Source of the DNA: a virus | Lineage: Duplodnaviria > Caudoviricetes | IMG/VR virus record: IMGVR_UViG_3300037518_000030 | Location: 1 to 28,386 of that record | DNA: 28,386 bases | Reading direction: 5' to 3' (one strand) | In this document: piece by piece, positions 17,071 to 25,229 of the stretch | Layout: every line of letters begins with the position of its first letter | How positions within the stretch are numbered: the stretch's first letter is position 1 | Made by a program: the position numbers and the translations under genes | Notes under the pieces: model-generated | Databases searched by the model: none | The model's input: only the letters and a program-made list of their open reading frames with translations | What the model was told of the DNA's origin: nothing

Positions 17071-20000
17071 ACTTATCGCCGCCCCGCATCCCTTCAAAAC
17101 GGAACAGATCGATATCGAATTTCCGGAAGGGATGACGATCGCCGAAATGATCGACGCTTCCGGGATCGATCCCATTCTTGCGCGTCACGCTCATTGCTTC
17201 GTTGGCGACCAGTACGTTCAGCGGCACCTATGGCGCCGGGTTCGCCCCAAGCCCGGTGTCAATTTAACGCTTCGGGTCGTGCCGCAGGGTGGCGGCGGCA
17301 GCAAGAATATCTTGCATACCGTCCTGACGATCGCCGTCGTGGTGATCGCCGCAGTTGCGACCTTCTACGTCGGCGGCATAGGTGCCGCCCCGGTGGCGGC
17401 GGGTGGGCTCGGGCTTGGTGCGACGGGCGGCGCGGCCCTGGGCGCCCTGGCCGGCGCTGTGGTGGCCGCGGCGGGCATGGCCGCGGTGAACGCGATCGCG
17501 CCTATTCGCCCGCCGAAGCTGGACGGGCTTTCGGGCGGAAACGACGCGTCACCGACGCTGTTTATTGAGGGCGCCCGTAATACGCTGCGGCCGTTCGGTC
17601 GCGTGCCGGCGCATCTTGGTATTCATCGCAGCGTGCCGCCGCTTGGCGTGCGTTCCTATACCGAAGTTGTCGGCGATCATATGTATCTTCGAATGTTGGT
17701 GATTTGGGGCTATGGGCCGCTGAAAATCGAAAATCTCAAGATCGGCGAAACTCCAATCGAGAGTTTCGACGGCGTGACGATCGAAACGCAGGAAGGACGG
17801 GAAGGCGATCCTGCGTCAACGCTGATCCCCGATAGCGTCATACAGGAAACACTCTCTATCCTGTTGGAACAGCCGGCCGATTGGACAACGCTGACCAGCG
17901 AACCGAACGCCGATGAACTGAGTATCGATATTACGTTTCCAGCCGGCCTAATTCAGTATGACGATGGCAAGCATCCGTCTCCGCATTCATTCGCCGTCTC
18001 AGTCCAAGTCCAATTTCGGCAAGTCGGCGACGAAACGTGGCTCACACCGACGTTCAGCGACAAGACGTTTCCGACCGCGTGGATTTCCGGATCAACTATT
18101 CGCTTCGTCGCGCGTAGTACCAAGGCGCTTCGGCACGGGATGCGATGGAACACGGCTGAACGCGGTCAATACGAGGTGCGAGTCCGACGAACTTCGTCGG
18201 CTGATCCCGGCAGCAACACCGAATTTAGCGAATGCCGTTGGACGGCGCTTCGTACGATCACCGATGAAAACCCGCTGAATTTTTCGTTTCCGTTAGCATG
18301 GACGGCGCTTCGCATTAAAGCTACCGATCAGCTTAACAACGTCGTTGACGAACTGAACGCGACCGTTAGCAGCTATGTTCAAAGTTACGTTGGCGGCTCG
18401 CCGGATTGGGCTGAAATGGTCAGTAACAACCCGGCGGATATCTATCGTCACGTCCTGCAAGGCAATGCGAACCCGGCGCGACTTACGGACGATCGGGTTG
18501 ATATCGAGAATCTTCAGGATTGGCACGACTTCTGCGCCGCGAACGGCTTCACGTTCAACATGATTCGCGATTATAAAGCGTCGGTGTGGGAGTGCCTGGC
18601 GGATATCGCCGCGGCGGGGCGTGCATCGCCCGCGCAACCGGATGGTAAGTGGGGTGTTGTTTTCGATGAAGAACAAACTGCGCCCGTGCAGCACTTCACG
18701 CCGCGCAACTCATGGGGGTTCGAAGCGGAGAAAGCTTTCCCAGATCCGCCCCATGCGTTTCGGGTGAGATTTGCAAATAAGAATCTCGATTGGCGACAGG
18801 ACGAACGAACCGTTTTCGCCGATAGCTTCGATGATAACAACGCCGAAGAGTACGAAAATATCGACGCGATTGGCATGGATGATCCGGATCACGTCTGGAA
18901 ATACACCCGGTTTGCCTTAGCGCAAGTTACCAATCGGCCGGAACGCTGGCACCTTTTCACGGATTTTGAATACATTGTTGCCCGCCGAGGCGACCTTGTA
19001 TTAGTTACTCACGATGTTCTGTTGGTCGGGCTGGCAACGGGACGTGTCAAGTCATTACAGTTTGACGGATCGTCGCCACAAAACATCATCGGATTTACGT
19101 CGGATGAAGTGTTGACGATGGAATCCGATATGGACTATGGCGCGTCCTTTCGCACCGTGGCCGATATCAAACTTACTCACCGAATTGTCACGAACCCCGG
19201 TGATCAAACGACGGTCGTTTTCAATGACCCGATTCCACCGGAAAACGCGCCTGCGATTGGCGACCTGTTCGGGTTCGGTTTGCATGGTTTGGAAACAATC
19301 GAGGGATTGTTACTTTCGATAGAACCCGCGTCTGAACTGACAGCGCGTCTTAGCATTATCCCCGAATCTCGGGAAGTGTACGACGCGGATCAAGGGGAAA
19401 TTCCACCCTTCAATAGCAATCTAACGCCGCTCGAGTCGGTGCCGATGGTCACGGTGGCTAACGTTCGTTCCGATGAATCGGTGTTGGAATATGGTGCGGG
19501 CGACACACTCATTCCGCATATAGGCTTGAGCGTCGAGATTCCCGATACGACATTCAATCTTCGCTTAGACGTCCAGATTCGCGCGAATGACACCGAAGAG
19601 AACTACTATCCAGCCGACGTGACCGGCAACAACGGGAACGAATGGATCATCGGTGACGTTCGTGAAGCCGCATATTACGACCTTCGCGCCAGGTGGCGCG
19701 CGGAGGGGCGTCTGCCGGGCGTCTGGACGTCGATTATAGGACATCGCGTCGTCGGTCAGTCAACGGCGCCTAACCCTCTTCAGAACGCGACTATATCGGT
19801 CTTTGGCGGCAACGCTTTAATCCGGTGGGACCGCCCCGCCGAACTGGACGTTCGGATAGGTGGTGAGGTTCGTTTCAGACATTCCCCGGAAACCGACCCT
19901 GACCTTGCCCTGTGGCAGTCTTCAACGTCGATTGGATTCGCGGCGAAAGGCAATTCACTTTTCGCAACGTTGCCATTGAAGCCGGGGACCTATCTTGCTC

Positions 20001-20599
20001 GGGTGTTCGACAAGCGTCGGCGTTCTTCGGAAGTAGTTGCCTTATCGACTAAGCAAGCTTCGGTCCTGGCCTATGCCAATGTCGATACGATTTCGGAGTC
20101 GCCAACATTTAGCGGATCGCACGATGGCACGGTTAAGGACGGCAACGCGTTAAAACTGGCCGGAACAGGATCGTTCGATGATATTGAAGATTTTGACGCG
20201 ATCGATGACTTAGATTCTTTCGGCGGGATCGCCGCGGTGGGAACATATACGTTCGCCGCCGGCTTCGACTTCGGCGAAGTCAAGCGGGTACGGTTGACGT
20301 CACTGGTCGACGCGACATCGATCAACATTCTCGACAAAATGGACGATCGCGAAACCACCATTGATACATGGGAGGACTTTGACGGAACGAACCAAAGCAA
20401 CGCCGATTGTCGGCTTCAAGTCCGGACCACGGATGACGATCCGAACGGCTCCCCGGTAGCCTGGTCCGCCTGGAATATCCTTGATTCCGGGGAGTTTGAG
20501 ACCCGCGGGTGCCGATTTCGCGCCCTATTGTCAACAGAGGACGAAGCGTTTAATATAAGGGTTGATGCGCTCGGCGTGGTGGCGGAGGATATCGTTTAA
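17063..20599 (+). CDS. Central tail tip / host-specificity protein (gpI-like N-terminus fused to gpJ-like)
   Basis: PQGGGG.KN plus hydrophobic Gly/Ala segment, GARN...P.G..P, GQYEVRVRR, SNNPA, FTPRNSW, FnIII-like C-terminal domains. Confidence 0.92.
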   Translation: MTRLIAAPHPFKTEQIDIEFPEGMTIAEMIDASGIDPILARHAHCFVGDQYVQRHLWRRVRPKPGVNLTLRVVPQGGGGSKNILHTVLTIAVVVIAAVATFYVGGIGAAPVAAGGLGLGATGGAALGALAGAVVAAAGMAAVNAIAPIRPPKLDGLSGGNDASPTLFIEGARNTLRPFGRVPAHLGIHRSVPPLGVRSYTEVVGDHMYLRMLVIWGYGPLKIENLKIGETPIESFDGVTIETQEGREGDPASTLIPDSVIQETLSILLEQPADWTTLTSEPNADELSIDITFPAGLIQYDDGKHPSPHSFAVSVQVQFRQVGDETWLTPTFSDKTFPTAWISGSTIRFVARSTKALRHGMRWNTAERGQYEVRVRRTSSADPGSNTEFSECRWTALRTITDENPLNFSFPLAWTALRIKATDQLNNVVDELNATVSSYVQSYVGGSPDWAEMVSNNPADIYRHVLQGNANPARLTDDRVDIENLQDWHDFCAANGFTFNMIRDYKASVWECLADIAAAGRASPAQPDGKWGVVFDEEQTAPVQHFTPRNSWGFEAEKAFPDPPHAFRVRFANKNLDWRQDERTVFADSFDDNNAEEYENIDAIGMDDPDHVWKYTRFALAQVTNRPERWHLFTDFEYIVARRGDLVLVTHDVLLVGLATGRVKSLQFDGSSPQNIIGFTSDEVLTMESDMDYGASFRTVADIKLTHRIVTNPGDQTTVVFNDPIPPENAPAIGDLFGFGLHGLETIEGLLLSIEPASELTARLSIIPESREVYDADQGEIPPFNSNLTPLESVPMVTVANVRSDESVLEYGAGDTLIPHIGLSVEIPDTTFNLRLDVQIRANDTEENYYPADVTGNNGNEWIIGDVREAAYYDLRARWRAEGRLPGVWTSIIGHRVVGQSTAPNPLQNATISVFGGNALIRWDRPAELDVRIGGEVRFRHSPETDPDLALWQSSTSIGFAAKGNSLFATLPLKPGTYLARVFDKRRRSSEVVALSTKQASVLAYANVDTISESPTFSGSHDGTVKDGNALKLAGTGSFDDIEDFDAIDDLDSFGGIAAVGTYTFAAGFDFGEVKRVRLTSLVDATSINILDKMDDRETTIDTWEDFDGTNQSNADCRLQVRTTDDDPNGSPVAWSAWNILDSGEFETRGCRFRALLSTEDEAFNIRVDALGVVAEDIV

Positions 20600-20889
20600 T
20601 GCGTGTGGCAATGCTCGATAAGCGCGGACGTTTGATCGGTTCGCGGGACGTGAAGAACCCGAAAAAAGATGATATCCTTTGCGGCGACCTTCCCGAGAAC
20701 GGGACGTATTACTACCGTGACGGGGTGTTTCTACCGGTCGGATTCGGGCACGGGAAGCCGAGGCGTCCCGCCGTCGATCGTGATCGGGCCGTCTACCTGT
20801 TGATTAAGGCGATGATCGACGGTGCTCCGATCCCCCAAGAGTGCCGCGACTGGTGCGCCTGGTATGAGAAGCACGGGGCGCGTCGCTAA
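20599..20889 (+). CDS. Hypothetical tail-associated protein
   Basis: Coupled at both ends (TAATG), GGAGG RBS. Confidence 0.7.
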   Translation: MRVAMLDKRGRLIGSRDVKNPKKDDILCGDLPENGTYYYRDGVFLPVGFGHGKPRRPAVDRDRAVYLLIKAMIDGAPIPQECRDWCAWYEKHGARR

Positions 20890-21539
20890 TGGCACAGCAT
20901 GATTTCGACATAGCTAACGCCGACGGCGCGACGGTTCGTGCGGATCTAAACGCGCTGTTCGAAGCGATTGCGTCGAAGAACAGTGGCTCGACAACGCCCA
21001 GCGTGACCTTCCCGTTCATGTGGTGGGCCGATACGAACACTGGAATTCTCAAACTCCGTAACTCGGCAAACACCGATTGGATCACGATCGGAACGCTCGC
21101 GTCTGCGGGGCTTGGCCTCGCGTCGCTTGATGCAAACACTTTCACCGGGGTGCAGAATTTCGCCGACAACACGGCGCAGCGCGCTCGGTTGCTGGACTAC
21201 GCCGAGACGGTCAACGCGATCGGGTCGATCGGCGGCGGGACGCAGGATATCGACCTTGAGTCCGGTAACGTCGTTTCAGCTACGGTTGATACGTCGGAGA
21301 CGACGTTCACGTTCAGCAACGCGCCGTCTAGCGGATCACCCTCAAGTGGCGTCGCCGGAAGCTTCACGCTGATCCTGACGAACGGCGGATCGGAAACGGT
21401 GAACTGGCCGGCGTCCGTGCAGTGGGCGGGCGGAACCGCGCCGTCGCTGACTGCCAGCGGCGTTGATATCTTGACCTTCGTCACGGTCGACGGCGGGTCG
21501 ACGTGGTACGGCTTCGCAGCCGGTCTGGATATGTCCTGA
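20889..21539 (+). CDS. Tail fibre/anchor protein 1
   Basis: MAQHDF.IAN..G..VRADLN, WWADT..GILK.RN, ANTFTG.Q, FTL.LTNGG...V.WP..V.W.GG.AP.LT..G.D. Confidence 0.85.
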   Translation: MAQHDFDIANADGATVRADLNALFEAIASKNSGSTTPSVTFPFMWWADTNTGILKLRNSANTDWITIGTLASAGLGLASLDANTFTGVQNFADNTAQRARLLDYAETVNAIGSIGGGTQDIDLESGNVVSATVDTSETTFTFSNAPSSGSPSSGVAGSFTLILTNGGSETVNWPASVQWAGGTAPSLTASGVDILTFVTVDGGSTWYGFAAGLDMS

Positions 21540-22237
21540 TGCTTGCCGCCCGAATGCTCGCTGCCGCATCGGCGGTGGGTAATATTGATTTCGCTCTAGA
21601 CGCGCCAGATCTTAGCGTCTTCGCCGCCTACCGCGGAGATAGCCTGATTGATGGCGGCGGCGGTTTGGCTAGTGCATGGAATGATCGCGTCGGCAGTTTT
21701 CACATGACGGCGTTTAATGACCCCGTGATTCAAGCGTTCTCGGGTTTCAACAATCGACTTGGCGCGTTGCTGGACGGTATAGACCAATATTTTTCAGTTG
21801 CCGCCGCGTCACGGTCACAGCCTTTGTCTGCGTTCATCGTGTGTGAGGCGACGAAAGCCGATGCGTCTAACAAGCGATTGTTAAACGGAAGTACGAACGG
21901 TTCCGGCGATGAAATTTCCTCCCTGTGGACATCATCTGAGTTAGTCGCCATATCAGCGCCACAGATTGTAGGAACGTCCGGCAACGATGTACCTTTGTCG
22001 ATCGAGTGCTATTGGGACGGCACGTCTAGCGCGCTTCGCGTCGGCAACGTCTTAGAGGCGACCGGGGATAGCGATAGTACCATCACGAACGGCTGGGTAG
22101 TCGGACAGAGCGGCCTTGGCAACAACTATTTTGGCGGCAGGGTTCTCGAATTGGTTCTAGCTGACGGTGCCGCCAGCGCAGCGGATCGTCAGCTTTGGGA
22201 AGACTATAACGGTCAATACTACGGGCTTAGTTTTTAA
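21539..22237 (+). CDS. LamG/concanavalin-like putative receptor-binding protein
   Basis: TGATG coupling; W.D.....H, DG.DQY, VG......YF.G...E.V, Y....YG; codon usage looks less GC-biased than neighbours. Confidence 0.7.
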   Translation: MLAARMLAAASAVGNIDFALDAPDLSVFAAYRGDSLIDGGGGLASAWNDRVGSFHMTAFNDPVIQAFSGFNNRLGALLDGIDQYFSVAAASRSQPLSAFIVCEATKADASNKRLLNGSTNGSGDEISSLWTSSELVAISAPQIVGTSGNDVPLSIECYWDGTSSALRVGNVLEATGDSDSTITNGWVVGQSGLGNNYFGGRVLELVLADGAASAADRQLWEDYNGQYYGLSF

Positions 22238-22239
22238 GT

Positions 22240-22470
22240 ATGAACGAAGAACTTCTCCGCTCGATGAATCGGGAGATTGGCGAGATCTCGACTAAGGTCG
22301 ATACGATTCTGAACGTTTATACGACCCGCCTTAACGATCATGCGGGCCGGCTGCGGAAGGTCGAAAAACACACCTTCGGCGTCAAGGTCGTTGTCGGCGT
22401 GATCGCCAGCGTCGCGACGTTCATCGGGTGGGACAAACTGACTGATCTATTCACGAAAGGCGGCGGCTGA
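22240..22470 (+). CDS. Coiled-coil plus C-terminal TM protein (holin/XhlA-like)
   Basis: RL..H..RL..VE followed by hydrophobic VVVGVIASVATFIGW. Confidence 0.65.
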   Translation: MNEELLRSMNREIGEISTKVDTILNVYTTRLNDHAGRLRKVEKHTFGVKVVVGVIASVATFIGWDKLTDLFTKGGG

Positions 22471-22574
22471 TGTTTACTAAATGGGATAAGGCGACCGCTG
22501 CGGCAGTCGGATCGGCGTTCACGATCCTGACCACCGGACTCGTTTGGCTGGTCCCGAACAAGAAGTCGACATGA
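22470..22574 (+). CDS. 34-aa single-TM protein, holin-like (absent from ORF track)
   Basis: MFTKWDKATAAAVGSAFTILTTGLVWLVPNKKST*; TGATG overlap upstream and ATGA overlap downstream. Confidence 0.7.
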   Translation: MFTKWDKATAAAVGSAFTILTTGLVWLVPNKKST

Positions 22575-22726
22575 AGACCGCGGTGATCATCTTTGCCGTG
22601 CTTCTCGGCGTGACCGGTTGCGCCTCTATCAAGGCGGCGGCGGATTGCATCACCCGACCCGACACACCCTGTCCGGGAGACGACATGGACCCGGGCGCCA
22701 TTCCCGACGCGCGGCGTCTACCCTAA
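22571..22726 (+). CDS. Small lipoprotein
   Basis: MKTAVIIFAVLLGVTG-C lipobox; two further Cys; Pro-rich. Confidence 0.7.
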   Translation: MKTAVIIFAVLLGVTGCASIKAAADCITRPDTPCPGDDMDPGAIPDARRLP

Positions 22727-22745
22727 ACCTCAAGGAGAAAAGACC

Positions 22746-23183
22746 ATGCGTGTTTTTGCTTTCTTTGCCACAGCGATCATCGCCGTCGGCCTTAGCGCGT
22801 GCGCCTCTGCGGTCGAGAAGGGCGCCTCTGCCGGCAAGGCCATCGCCGCTGTCAGCCCCGAGGCGCACGCGAAGTTTCTCGAGGACGCTCAGGCCGCTCA
22901 GGCGATCGCCATCGCGGGCGAAGACGTCATGGCCGAACAGTGCTTCACGCACATCGTGATATACCTCGAGAACAATCCTGCCGCCGGCAACGCCGAAACG
23001 TTGGCGATTAAGGGTGTCATGTCCGCCTATGCCAAGGGCCGCGTGGTCCGTCGCGCCGTCGACGGACAGGAAGGCGTTTCGGATGAATTCTGGATCGCGT
23101 GCGGGCCGATGCTTAGTGAGAGTCGCGCCTTCATTGGTGACGTGTTCGGTGACGTCGGCCTTCGGATCCTGAGTCCGCTGTAA
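22746..23183 (+). CDS. Lipoprotein of unknown function
   Basis: AAGGAG RBS; MRVFAFFATAIIAVGLSA-C lipobox; helical mature part with two Cys. Confidence 0.8.
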   Translation: MRVFAFFATAIIAVGLSACASAVEKGASAGKAIAAVSPEAHAKFLEDAQAAQAIAIAGEDVMAEQCFTHIVIYLENNPAAGNAETLAIKGVMSAYAKGRVVRRAVDGQEGVSDEFWIACGPMLSESRAFIGDVFGDVGLRILSPL

Positions 23184-23209
23184 GTGCAACCATTGCGGAG
23201 TAAGCCACT

Positions 23210-23503
23210 GTGGCCGTCACGTTCACTCAAGCGAAGGCGACGCTGGACGAAATCGCCGATCGATCCGAGAACAACCGAAAGCGCCTGGCTCAAGCGCGGG
23301 CGTTGATCGCAACGGCGCTTTCGGATCTCGTAACTATGCCGACAGCTTTCGGCGATTTCATTGCCGAGCTTGACGCCGCAGCCGCCACCAATCCCGATAA
23401 CGAAGCTTGGCAACTGATCAAGGCCGAAAAAGACTTGATGGTTGCCGATTTTCTTGTGTTGCGATCCGAGGCGCAAAGCCTTAACGCAGCGGTCGGTAAC
23501 TGA
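23210..23503 (+). CDS. Hypothetical helical protein
   Basis: GGAG RBS, GTG start, Ala-rich helical composition. Confidence 0.7.
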   Translation: MAVTFTQAKATLDEIADRSENNRKRLAQARALIATALSDLVTMPTAFGDFIAELDAAAATNPDNEAWQLIKAEKDLMVADFLVLRSEAQSLNAAVGN

Positions 23504-23509
23504 TCGTGC

Positions 23510-24751
23510 ATGGCCCAACACCCGCTAATCATCGGCGACGTTGACGGCCCGACCTTTCGCGGCGAACTGAACGATCTTTTCGAGGCGCTGGCTTCGAAAC
23601 AGAGCGGTTCGGGTGAGCCGGCGAACCCGCGCCCGTTCATGTGGTGGGCGGATACCACGACGGGCTTACTCAAGATCCGCAACGCAGCAAATACCGACTG
23701 GATCACGTTCGGCACGCTGGCGTCGGTCGGGCTCGGGCTGGCGTCGGTCGGAGCCAACACGTTCACGGGGTTGCAGAATCTTGCCGACAACATATTGCAG
23801 CGTCCGCGGCTGATCGATTACGGCGAGACGGTGAACCCGCTCGGTTCGATCAGCGGCGCGCGGACGATCAACCTTGAGGCCGGTAACGTCGCGACGGGCA
23901 CGGTTGCCGACGACGTGACGTTTACGTTCAGTGGCGTTGGTGCGGGCGTTGCACACTTCCTCACGTTGGGGCTGACCAACGGCGGGGCGCACAGTGTGAC
24001 TTGGCCGGCTGCGGTGCGTTGGCGGGGAGGGATCGCCCCGGCCCTGGCTGCCGACGGGATCGACTGGCTAAACTTCCTCACCGTCGACGGCGGGGTGACG
24101 TGGTACGGGACTTACGGCGTGCAGCGCGTGCCCGTGGGCTTCGCGAAGGTGCTAAGCGTTACGCCGACCAGCATCGCGAGTGCCAACACGTCGCACCCTG
24201 TGGACATGCCCGCGACCGTGATCGCGGGTGAACTGTTGCTCTACCTGTGCAGCAGCGACTTCGGAACGGCAGCGATCAATACGCCCGCCGGCCTGAAGAA
24301 GAATGCGCACGGCGTGTTCGTCAAGAAGGCAGTTGGTGATGAGGGTGGCGGAACGCAAACGTTCGGAACAACGACGTCGACGCGGTTCGCCGCTCAGGTT
24401 TATCGAATTTCCGATTGGTCTGGGAATTTAAGCGACGTCGTTGTATCTCAAACAAGCGGACTTTCCGCTTTTCCGAATCCGCCGAACGTCACTGCGCCGT
24501 GGGGCGCGGCGCGCAACCTCTACATCGCCGCGACTATGTGTAATGACGACGCTGAAAGCGCCACCGATGAACCCGCCGGCTACAGCGAGCTTCTGAACAC
24601 CGTGGCTGATGCGGGGGTCAACAACAGTTGTAGCGTTAGCAGCGCGCGGCGCGAGCTTGAAGCCGCGTCCGATAATCCCGGTTCGTTCGTGCTGACCGGT
24701 TCCGAAGCGTGGAGCGCGGAGTCGATCGTCATCCGTCCAATTGCCGGTTGA
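23510..24751 (+). CDS. Tail fibre protein 2 (paralog of 20889-21539 with a fused C-terminal domain)
   Basis: First ~200 aa align with fibre 1 (MAQH, PFMWWADT, ANTDWIT.GTLAS.GLGLAS..ANTFTG.QN.ADN); beta-rich C-terminal extension. Confidence 0.85.
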   Translation: MAQHPLIIGDVDGPTFRGELNDLFEALASKQSGSGEPANPRPFMWWADTTTGLLKIRNAANTDWITFGTLASVGLGLASVGANTFTGLQNLADNILQRPRLIDYGETVNPLGSISGARTINLEAGNVATGTVADDVTFTFSGVGAGVAHFLTLGLTNGGAHSVTWPAAVRWRGGIAPALAADGIDWLNFLTVDGGVTWYGTYGVQRVPVGFAKVLSVTPTSIASANTSHPVDMPATVIAGELLLYLCSSDFGTAAINTPAGLKKNAHGVFVKKAVGDEGGGTQTFGTTTSTRFAAQVYRISDWSGNLSDVVVSQTSGLSAFPNPPNVTAPWGAARNLYIAATMCNDDAESATDEPAGYSELLNTVADAGVNNSCSVSSARRELEAASDNPGSFVLTGSEAWSAESIVIRPIAG

Positions 24752-25229
24752 CGATCGACTCCGCGCCGTCGGGATTACCTAGCCCGCCGTCCGCGTCGAT
24801 CACCGTCGCCAACGACACGCCCGGTTGCGACCATTGCCCGCCGACGTCCTCCCACGCGAGAATAATCAGCTTCGACCGGTGACGGTTAAAAACGTCGTCA
24901 CGCCCGTTCGTCAAGATCCACTCTTCGTTGACGATCAGCACGGCGTGGCCGGTCCCGCGGCCTCCCGGCGCGCACGCGGCGAGACGCAGCGCACCACGAG
25001 GAACGCCTGCCGCTAACAGCGCGTCGAGTTTCTTGATCGCGTAGTCTTCGCAATCCTGACCTTCGCCCCATACGTCGGCGGGCTCGGGGCGATACCCCAT
25101 TGACCAGTTGACCCGGCGGTTCACGCTGGCGAGTGTCGCCAAGCTGAACGGCGACCACTCTTCGCGGCCGGGAAACTCCATATCGGGACGTTTGGCGAGC
25201 CAGGCGGTGTATCCTTTGGGCGTGGTCAT
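24729..25229 (-). CDS. Transglutaminase-like cysteine proteinase (BTLCP/LapG-like)
   Basis: VN..VN....Y..E..D.W...DCEDYAI.K, L..AG.P...LRL, GHAVL.V; ATGA-coupled to the polymerase stop. Confidence 0.85.
   Translation of the reverse strand: MTTPKGYTAWLAKRPDMEFPGREEWSPFSLATLASVNRRVNWSMGYRPEPADVWGEGQDCEDYAIKKLDALLAAGVPRGALRLAACAPGGRGTGHAVLIVNEEWILTNGRDDVFNRHRSKLIILAWEDVGGQWSQPGVSLATVIDADGGLGNPDGAESIVNRQLDG

Noticed and set aside
20889-24110. Fibre duplication as a DGR template/variable repeat or invertible segment
   Set aside because: Differences are not adenine-specific, the copies are in direct orientation, and no RT or invertase is in the window
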